A stretch of 64,000 nt of DNA from Perna viridis (taxonomy: Eukaryota). The DNA lies in the NCBI GenBank assembly GCA_037379345.1, contig CM074521.1:26002704-26066703 (forward strand), given 5' to 3'. The translations under genes were made by a program, and so were the position numbers. The notes beneath the pieces were generated by a model. That model worked only from the letters and a program-made list of their open reading frames with translations, did not search any database and had not been told where the DNA came from. Below, piece after piece: positions 58,501 through 64,000 of the stretch (position 1 is the stretch's first letter; each line of letters begins with the position of its first letter).

Positions 58501-61500
58501 GTAGCAATCAAAGCATAACCATAATCACAATATTAGTTATGCAAAATGTCTAGGATTTACGAGTCATTCACTGTACGGTTTATTTGAATTGCAAAGAAAA
58601 ACTCTAATATGATAACTGCGAAGAAAGCATACCTGTTTTGTTGTCACTGAACCATCGGGATTAGTGAATTTCACTGTAAATGATTTAATGTTGTCCGTTG
58701 ACACCAGCTTAACTTCTTTTACAGGTCTTTCTTCTGACGGTGTGTATACTATGGAAAGTGTTGGTTCAGAACTTTCAAATGGAGTATCAGAGGTTGGTCT
58801 CAGGTTCTCAATATTTCCTGTTTTGTCACTCACAGATAATTCACTACTTGGAATAAATGTAGGTGACTCCATACCATCTGTTATTTCACAAAGAGGAGTT
58901 GTACTGGCTGTTCCTGTAAAACAATCAGGTCACTCTCGTCATTACATGCAAAGAAAACATAATTTGTTATTTCTCGAACCATTTTAAGTTGACAAAATCA
59001 ATTGAATTTTTAGACAAGTGTATCATCTCTTCCAACAGAACTTTTGTACTTGACAGTTGCATAAACAGTATCAAATATTTCTGAACTAACCTGTACTTGA
59101 TGTACTTGGTGGTGCAGTTGTACTGGTTACTTTCTTTGAGACAGAAGAAACAGGTGTGGTAGCAGTTGTTGTTGATTCTGCAAAATAATTAAGAATATCA
59201 ATTGTTTGTGACAAAGATAAAAGATTATTGCACAACAAATGTTATGAAAACCAAAATCTTTAAAAGTATTAAAAGTATTGTCACATAACTACAATGCACA
59301 AACTGATGTCTACCAAAAATGATGCTAAGGTATTGTTTTGTTGATTTCCACTGTTCTTAACAAATAAAATAATTAATATTCCATCATATAAAAGTCACAT
59401 ACCAAGTTCAAAGCAAGCATGGATCTGTACTTGGAGCTTGACTGGTTTGTAGGCATCAATCTTATCTTGAGGAGTTATGATGATTTCAACTTTCTTCACA
59501 TCTGGTTCAGTTCCTACATTTGTTGCTACTTCATTCACAGGAACCTGAAATAAGGCAATATGATTTTAATCAACTACCAAATGGCAAATCATGCTCACTA
59601 CCACCACATTCAATTGCACAAAAATACACAGACAAACATCTTTCAATTTATTTGGTATGAACACTCATGAAAAAATACAGATACAAACACGACAAAAGTT
59701 CAATATCCTACCTGTTTTGTTGTCACAGTGCCATCAGGAGCAGTGAATTTCACAGTGAATGATTTAATGTTATCAGTTGAAACCAATTTCACTTCTTTTA
59801 TAGGTCTCTCCTCTGAAGGTGTGTATTCCACAGAAAGTGTTGGTTGGGAACTTTCAAATGGGGTCTTAGATGTTGGTCTCAAGTCTTCAACATTTCCTGT
59901 ACTATCACTAACAGACAATTCACTACTTGGAATAAATGTTGGTGACTCCATACCATCTGTTATTTCGCAAACAGGAGTTGTACTGGCAGTTCCTGTAAAG
60001 CAACAAAAACTCCAATCAATATCAGCTGCTGTAAGTTCTGTTTGCCAGAAATATTTCTCAACAAAACATGTTCTGTTGACTCAAAAAGTGATGGTCCACA
60101 TTTTTATACAGATGTAAGGGATATAACAAAACGTACCTGTAGTAGTAATGCCTGGTGGTGTGGCTGTACTTGAAACTTTCTCTGAGGTTGAACTTACAGC
60201 AGTGGTTACTGTAGTTGTTGATTCTATGAAAGAAAACCAATAGACACTGTAACTACATAGATCAAATTAATAGACTGATACCTACATTACAAATCAGATT
60301 TATAACAGAATTTAACACTGACTGCATGTTCAGGAAAAGATTGTGTATTCAAAACAAAGCAAAAAAAAGAACAGATGACTGGAAAATAATCAAATGACTT
60401 ATTATCTAATTTCGGCAATTAGTATTCTTCAAGAAAACAATTTTAAACAACTGATTTGATACTGCCAACATTATTCACTGAAACACCAATCAAACTGATC
60501 ACTGATGTTTTGGTATATTCATTCAACCACAATAAGGCATTCACATACGTACCAACTTCAAAGCAAGCATGTATCTGTATTTGGAGTTTGACTGGTTTGT
60601 AAGCGTCAATTTTGTCCTCAGGTGTTACAATAATTTCAACTTTCTTTACAAATGGTCTTGTTCCAACACTTGTTGCAACCTCATCCACAGGTACCTGTAC
60701 AAAAATCAAAACCATGTATATACAACCTTTCTACATGTAGCAATCAAAGCATAACCATAATCACAATATTAGTTATGCAAAATGTCTAGGATTTACGAGT
60801 CATCCACTGTACGGTTTATTTGAATTGCAAAGAAAAAATCTAATATGATAACTGCGAAGAAAGCATACCTGTTTTGTTGTCACTGAACCATCGGGATTAG
60901 TGAATTTCACTGTAAATGATTTAATGTTGTCCGTTGACACCAGCTTAACTTCTTTTACAGGTCTTTCTTCTGACGGTGTGTATACTATGGAAAGTGTTGG
61001 TTCAGAACTTTCAAATGGAGTATCAGAGGTTGGTCTCAGGTTCTCAATATTTCCTGTTTTGTCACTCACAGATAATTCACTACTTGGAATAAATGTAGGT
61101 GACTCCATACCATCTGTTATTTCACAAAGAGGAGTTGTACTGGCTGTTCCTGTAAAACAATCAGGTCACTCTCGTCATTACATGCAAAGAAAACATAATT
61201 TGTTATTTCTCGAACCATTTTAAGTTGACAAAATCAATTGAATTTTTAGACAAGTGTATCATCTCTTCCAACAGAACTTTTGTACTTGACAGTTGCATAA
61301 ACAGTATCAAATATTTCTGAACTAACCTGTACTTGATGTACTTGGTGGTGCAGTTGTACTGGTTACTTTCTTTGAGACAGAAGAAACAGGTGTGGTAGCA
61401 GTTGTTGTTGATTCTGCAAAATAATTAAGAATATCAATTGTTTGTGACAAAGATAAAAGATTATTGCACAACAAATGTTATGAAAACCAAAATCTTTAAA

Positions 61501-64000
61501 AGTATTAAAAGTATTGTCACATAACTACAATGCACAAACTGATGTCTACCAAAAATGATGCTAAGGTATTGTTTTGTTGATTTCCACTGTTCTTAACAAA
61601 TAAAATAATTAATATTCCATCATATAAAAGTCACATACCAAGTTCAAAGCAAGCATGGATCTGTACTTGGAGCTTGACTGGTTTGTAGGCATCAATCTTA
61701 TCTTGAGGAGTTATGATGATTTCAACTTTCTTCACATCTGGTTCAGTTCCTACATTTGTTGCTACTTCATTCACAGGAACCTGAAATAAGGCAATATGAT
61801 TTTAATCAACTACCAAATGGCAAATCATGCTCACTACCACCACATTCAATTGCACAAAAATACACAGACAAACATTTTTCAATTTATTTGGTATGAACAC
61901 TCATGAAAAAATACAGATACAAACACGACAAAAGTTCAATATCCTACCTGTTTTGTTGTCACAGTGCCATCAGGAGCAGTGAATTTCACAGTGAATGATT
62001 TAATGTTATCAGTTGAAACCAATTTCACTTCTTTTATAGGTCTCTCCTCTGAAGGTGTGTATTCCACAGAAAGTGTTGGTTGGGAACTTTCAAATGGGGT
62101 CTTAGATGTTGGTCTCAAGTCTTCAACATTTCCTGTACTATCACTAACAGACAATTCACTACTTGGAATATATGTTGGTGACTCCATACCATCTGTTATT
62201 TCGCAAACAGGAGTTGTACTGGCAGTTCCTGTAAAGCAACAAAAACTCCAATCAATATCAGCTGCTGTAAGTTCTGTTTGCCAGAAATATTTCTCAACAA
62301 AACATGTTCTGTTGACTCAAAAAGTGATGGTTCACATTTTTATACAGATGTAAGGGATATAACAAAACGTACCTGTAGTAGTAATGCCTGGTGGTGTGGC
62401 TGTACTTGAAACTTTCTCTGAGGTTGAACTTACAGCAGTGGTTACTGTAGTTGTTGATTCTATGAAAGAAAACCAATAGACACTGTAACTACATAGATCA
62501 AATTAATAGACTGATACCTACATTACAAATCAGATTTATAACAGAATTTAACACTGACTGCATGTTCAGGAAAAGATTGTGTATTCAAAACAAAGCAAAA
62601 AAAAGAACAGATGACTGGAAAATAATCAAATGACTTATTATCTAATTTCGGCAATTAGTATTCTTCAAGAAAACAATTTTAAACAACTGATTTGATACTG
62701 CCAACATTATTCACTGAAACACCAATCAAACTGATCACTGATGTTTTGGTATATTCATTCAACCACAATAAGGCATTCACATACGTACCAACTTCAAAGC
62801 AAGCATGTATCTGTATTTGGAGTTTGACTGGTTTGTAAGCGTCAATTTTGTCCTCAGGTGTTACAATAATTTCAACTTTCTTTACAAATGGTCTTGTTCC
62901 AACACTTGTTGCAACCTCATCCACAGGTACCTGTACAAAAATCAAAACCATGTATATACAACCTTTCTACATGTAGCAATCAAAGCATAACCATAATCAC
63001 AATATTAGTTATGCAAAATGTCTAGGATTTACGAGTCATCCACTGTACGGTTTATTTGAATTGCAAAGAAAAAATCTAATATGATAACTGCGAAGAAAGC
63101 ATACCTGTTTTGTTGTCACTGAACCATCGGGATTAGTGAATTTCACTGTAAATGATTTAATGTTGTCCGTTGACACCAGCTTAACTTCTTTTACAGGTCT
63201 TTCTTCTGACGGTGTGTATACTATGGAAAGTGTTGGTTCAGAACTTTCAAATGGAGTATCAGAGGTTGGTCTCAGGTTCTCAATATTTCCTGTTTTGTCA
63301 CTCACAGATAATTCACTACTTGGAATAAATGTAGGTGACTCCATACCATCTGTTATTTCACAAAGAGGAGTTGTACTGGCTGTTCCTGTAAAACAATCAG
63401 GTCACTCTCGTCATTACATGCAAAGAAAACATAATTTGTTATTTCTCGAACCATTTTAAGTTGACAAAATCAATTGAATTTTTAGACAAGTGTATCATCT
63501 CTTCCAACAGAACTTTTGTACTTGACAGTTGCATAAACAGTATCAAATATTTCTGAACTAACCTGTACTTGATGTACTTGGTGGTGCAGTTGTACTGGTT
63601 ACTTTCTTTGAGACAGAAGAAACAGGTGTGGTAGCAGTTGTTGTTGATTCTGCAAAATAATTAAGAATATCAATTGTTTGTGACAAAGATAAAAGATTAT
63701 TGCACAACAAATGTTATGAAAACCAAAATCTTTAAAAGTATTAAAAGTATTGTCACATAACTACAATGCACAAACTGATGTCTACCAAAAATGATGCTAA
63801 GGTATTGTTTTGTTGATTTCCACTGTTCTTAACAAATAAAATAATTAATATTCCATCATATAAAAGTCACATACCAAGTTCAAAGCAAGCATGGATCTGT
63901 ACTTGGAGCTTGACTGGTTTGTAGGCATCAATCTTATCTTGAGGAGTTATGATGATTTCAACTTTCTTCACATCTGGTTCAGTTCCTACATTTGTTGCTA
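338..64000 (-). CDS. Giant multi-exon mucin-like protein with PTS repeats and >=20 discoidin/FA58C-like domains (partial; extends beyond both window ends)
   Basis: About 82 exons bounded by AG and GT (one GC) with mutually compatible phases; summed length ~24.3 kb; Thr/Ser-rich repeats; FA58C motifs in the 42.8-47.6 kb exons. Confidence 0.85.
2597..2732 (-). CDS. Domain A copy 2, C-terminal exon (VFNGDEEVIF...LDVEVRACFTTG)
   Basis: 136 nt, phase 0-1, AG/GT; paralogue of 16986-17121. Confidence 0.85.
2792..2910. repeat. 29-bp intronic minisatellite, 4 copies
   Basis: aatatacactttagtgtacaaaacactat repeated four times with single changes. Confidence 0.9.
3583..3887 (-). CDS. Domain A copy 2, N-terminal exon (CTNDEGMQNP...EYKNGQ), GC donor
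   Basis: 305 nt, phase 1-0; ends CAG|GCAAGT; paralogue of 18859-19172. Confidence 0.8.
5443..6039 (-). CDS. PTS mucin exon (597 nt)
   Basis: Acceptor TTCTTTAG is clear; donor CAAG|GTACGA is the best phase-1 candidate. Confidence 0.7.
6190..7005 (-). CDS. PTS mucin exon (816 nt)
   Basis: AG / GTAAAT boundaries, phase 1-1. Confidence 0.85.
7756..8283 (-). CDS. PTS mucin exon (528 nt)
   Basis: AG / GTAAGT boundaries, phase 1-1; overlaps ORF 7742..8170. Confidence 0.85.
8887..10017 (-). CDS. PTS mucin exon (1131 nt)
   Basis: AG / GTACTT boundaries, phase 1-1; overlaps ORF 8849..9904. Confidence 0.85.
10635..11255 (-). CDS. PTS mucin exon (621 nt)
   Basis: Same boundaries as its neighbour; phase 1-1. 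Confidence 0.85.
11873..12670 (-). CDS. PTS mucin exon (798 nt; begins GTTLSTTPPPPAPPSS)
   Basis: TTCAAG|GA acceptor; 5' part nearly identical to exon 39619-39951. Confidence 0.85.
13618..13668 (-). CDS. Thr-rich linker micro-exon (51 nt)
   Basis: CAAG acceptor, GTAAGA donor; PTPVSTASTTAGTTTL. Confidence 0.75.
   Translation of the reverse strand, partial: HLPQYQQLQLLLEQPH
13884..14043 (-). CDS. Domain B copy 2, C-terminal exon (KTFEGK...FFRVCYTPGTG)
   Basis: 160 nt, phase 0-1; paralogue of 40530-40683. Confidence 0.85.
14658..14938 (-). CDS. Domain B copy 2, N-terminal exon (VCENPVTFDF...VSENT)
   Basis: 281 nt, phase 1-0; paralogue of 41153-41436. Confidence 0.85.
15648..15728 (-). CDS. 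Thr-rich linker exon (81 nt)
   Basis: TTTTCTAG acceptor, GTAGTG donor, phase 1-1. Confidence 0.8.
16986..17121 (-). CDS. Domain A copy 1, C-terminal exon (IFSGDEQVIF...LDLEVRACFTTG)
   Basis: 136 nt, phase 0-1. Confidence 0.85.
18859..19172 (-). CDS. Domain A copy 1, N-terminal exon (CTSEEGMQNP...EYKNGE)
   Basis: 314 nt, phase 1-0, donor GAG|GTATGT. Confidence 0.85.
19589..19912 (-). CDS. PTS mucin exon, last of array 2 (donor uncertain)
   Basis: Acceptor TTCTGTAG is clear; the frame meets TAA near 19563, so a G|GTAC donor inside the repeat must be used or the exon is skipped. Confidence 0.55.
20866..22101 (-). CDS. PTS mucin exon (1236 nt)
   Basis: Array-2 acceptor and donor; phase 1-1. 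Confidence 0.85.
23062..23904 (-). CDS. PTS mucin exon (843 nt)
   Basis: Array-2 acceptor and donor; phase 1-1. Confidence 0.85.
24830..25468 (-). CDS. PTS mucin exon (639 nt)
   Basis: Inside ORF 24744..25514; AG / GTACTT boundaries. Confidence 0.85.
26395..27033 (-). CDS. PTS mucin exon (639 nt)
   Basis: Tandem copy. Confidence 0.85.
27959..28597 (-). CDS. PTS mucin exon (639 nt)
   Basis: Tandem copy. Confidence 0.85.
29524..30162 (-). CDS. PTS mucin exon (639 nt)
   Basis: Tandem copy. Confidence 0.85.
31088..31726 (-). CDS. PTS mucin exon (639 nt)
   Basis: Tandem copy. Confidence 0.85.
32653..33291 (-). CDS. PTS mucin exon (639 nt)
   Basis: Tandem copy. Confidence 0.85.
34217..35035 (-). 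CDS. PTS mucin exon (819 nt)
   Basis: Inside ORF 34158..35081; same splice sites. Confidence 0.85.
35937..36914 (-). CDS. PTS mucin exon (978 nt), first of array 2
   Basis: TATGTAG|GT acceptor and array-2 donor. Confidence 0.85.
38194..39452 (-). pseudogene. Decayed PTS pseudo-exon
   Basis: Acceptor CTAG|GT ACT AAA ACA GGA TAA gives an immediate stop; frameshifts; 8-nt deletion near 38277; eroded donor context. Confidence 0.8.
39619..39951 (-). CDS. PTS exon (333 nt; begins GTTLSTTPPPPAPPSS)
   Basis: Phase 1-1, donor GTAAGC. Confidence 0.8.
40173..40211 (-). CDS. Linker micro-exon (39 nt)
   Basis: TTTTCAG acceptor, GTAGGT donor; STVSSTTYSSST. Confidence 0.75.
40530..40683 (-). CDS. Domain B copy 1, C-terminal exon (KTFTGK...QFRVCYAPG)
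   Basis: 154 nt, phase 0-1. Confidence 0.85.
41153..41436 (-). CDS. Domain B copy 1, N-terminal exon (KICENPVTFDY...TEEI)
   Basis: 284 nt, phase 1-0. Confidence 0.85.
42073..42126 (-). CDS. Thr-rich linker micro-exon (54 nt)
   Basis: AG/GT, phase 1-1. Confidence 0.75.
42326..42379 (-). CDS. Thr-rich linker micro-exon (54 nt)
   Basis: AG/GT, phase 1-1. Confidence 0.75.
42802..42952 (-). CDS. FA58C/discoidin domain 2, C-terminal exon (VFEGNTD...ELRFEIVGCAE)
   Basis: F-x-GN-x-D and LRFE-x-x-GC motifs; 151 nt, phase 0-1. Confidence 0.85.
43396..44765 (-). mobile_element. 5'-truncated, disabled Penelope-like retroelement (RT core + 3' UTR) in an intron
   Basis: NPYKQRFIAGS, IKTYDFSTLYT, MGTNCA-x-x-LADLFL, FRYIDD, YLDL and YDKRDDF motifs; frameshifts and an in-frame TGA; frame ends near 43677. 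Confidence 0.9.
45015..45298 (-). CDS. FA58C/discoidin domain 2, N-terminal exon (ECADEM...AWSP...VTAIILQGG...FVQKFQVGY)
   Basis: AW, VTAI-x-x-QG and FV-x-x-F-x-V-x-Y discoidin motifs; 284 nt, phase 1-0. Confidence 0.85.
45545..45619 (-). CDS. Thr-rich linker exon (75 nt)
   Basis: TTTTAG acceptor, GTGAGT donor, phase 1-1. Confidence 0.8.
46436..46456 (-). CDS. 21-nt micro-exon (ITSTGT)
   Basis: TCTTTTCAG|CT ATA ACA TCA ACA GGG ACA G|GTAGGT; phase 1-1. Confidence 0.6.
46768..46909 (-). CDS. FA58C/discoidin domain 1, C-terminal exon (IFKGNNG...VRIFPLSW...FELFGCMF)
   Basis: VRI-x-P-x-x-W and FELFGC motifs; 142 nt, phase 0-1; different frame from the ORF-track call. Confidence 0.88.
47328..47608 (-). 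CDS. FA58C/discoidin domain 1, N-terminal exon (SCDYVL...PWVP...FVKSFRIEV)
   Basis: 281 nt, phase 1-0, donor GGT|GTAAGT. Confidence 0.85.
48015..48065 (-). CDS. Linker micro-exon (51 nt)
   Basis: AG / GTATGT, phase 1-1. Confidence 0.75.
48227..50235 (-). CDS. Macro-repeat unit: two discoidin-like domains + two linkers (340 aa)
   Basis: Exons 50149-50235, 49691-49971, 49375-49516, 48960-49046, 48535-48815, 48227-48368 (87/281/142 nt, twice). Confidence 0.85.
50461..52471 (-). CDS. Macro-repeat unit (6 exons, 340 aa)
   Basis: Exons 52385-52471, 51927-52207, 51611-51752, 51195-51281, 50770-51050, 50461-50602. Confidence 0.85.
52697..54706 (-). CDS. Macro-repeat unit (6 exons, 340 aa)
   Basis: Exons 54620-54706, 54162-54442, 53846-53987, 53431-53517, 53006-53286, 52697-52838. 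Confidence 0.85.
54932..56941 (-). CDS. Macro-repeat unit (6 exons, 340 aa)
   Basis: Exons 56855-56941, 56397-56677, 56081-56222, 55666-55752, 55241-55521, 54932-55073. Confidence 0.85.
57167..59177 (-). CDS. Macro-repeat unit (6 exons, 340 aa)
   Basis: Exons 59091-59177, 58633-58913, 58317-58458, 57901-57987, 57476-57756, 57167-57308. Confidence 0.85.
59403..61413 (-). CDS. Macro-repeat unit (6 exons, 340 aa)
   Basis: Exons 61327-61413, 60869-61149, 60553-60694, 60137-60223, 59712-59992, 59403-59544. Confidence 0.85.
61639..63649 (-). CDS. Macro-repeat unit (6 exons, 340 aa)
   Basis: Exons 63563-63649, 63105-63385, 62789-62930, 62373-62459, 61948-62228, 61639-61780. Confidence 0.85.
63875..64000 (-). 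CDS. Partial C-terminal domain exon of the next upstream unit
   Basis: ...KLQVQIHACFEL G|GTATGT; cut by the window edge. Confidence 0.85.

Larger units (their letters stand above)
48227..64000. repeat. Six-exon tandem macro-repeat, period 2235/2236 bp, >=7 copies, runs off the window
   Basis: ORF-track positions 48523, 50758, 52994, 55229, 57464, 59700, 61936; exons and introns near-identical. Confidence 0.97.

Noticed and set aside
48227-64000. Family of separate small genes, or a CRISPR-like array
   Set aside because: No start/stop per unit, exon phases chain continuously, and there are no unique spacers or cas genes.
338-64000. Assigning a symbol such as MUC2, MUC5AC, SSPO or hemocytin
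   Set aside because: No VWD, CysD, TSP1 or cystine-knot domains are visible in the window, so orthology cannot be supported.

Overview
AT-rich eukaryotic genomic DNA, most likely invertebrate and possibly bivalve (inference from composition and the intronic retroelement). The whole window is the interior of one giant spliced gene on the minus strand; no start or final stop codon is present. Reading AG/GT boundaries by eye gives about 82 frame-compatible exons (~24.3 kb of coding sequence, ~8,100 aa). The protein is mucin-like: Thr/Ser/Gly/Gln/Pro (PTS) repeat exons alternate with ~140-aa Cys-bracketed domains of the discoidin/F5-8 type C (FA58C) family. In transcription order (high to low coordinate): (1) a ~2,235-bp six-exon tandem array, at least 7 copies, encoding 14+ degenerate discoidin-like domains; (2) two recognisable FA58C domains, one with a 5'-truncated Penelope-like retroelement in its internal intron; (3) two copies of a super-module [domain B - PTS exon array - domain A], with a decayed pseudo-exon and a ~1,565-bp exon+intron array in the first copy. 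All PTS and linker exons are symmetric phase 1-1; every domain is a phase 1-0-1 exon pair. Exon calls come from sequence alone and have no transcript support.
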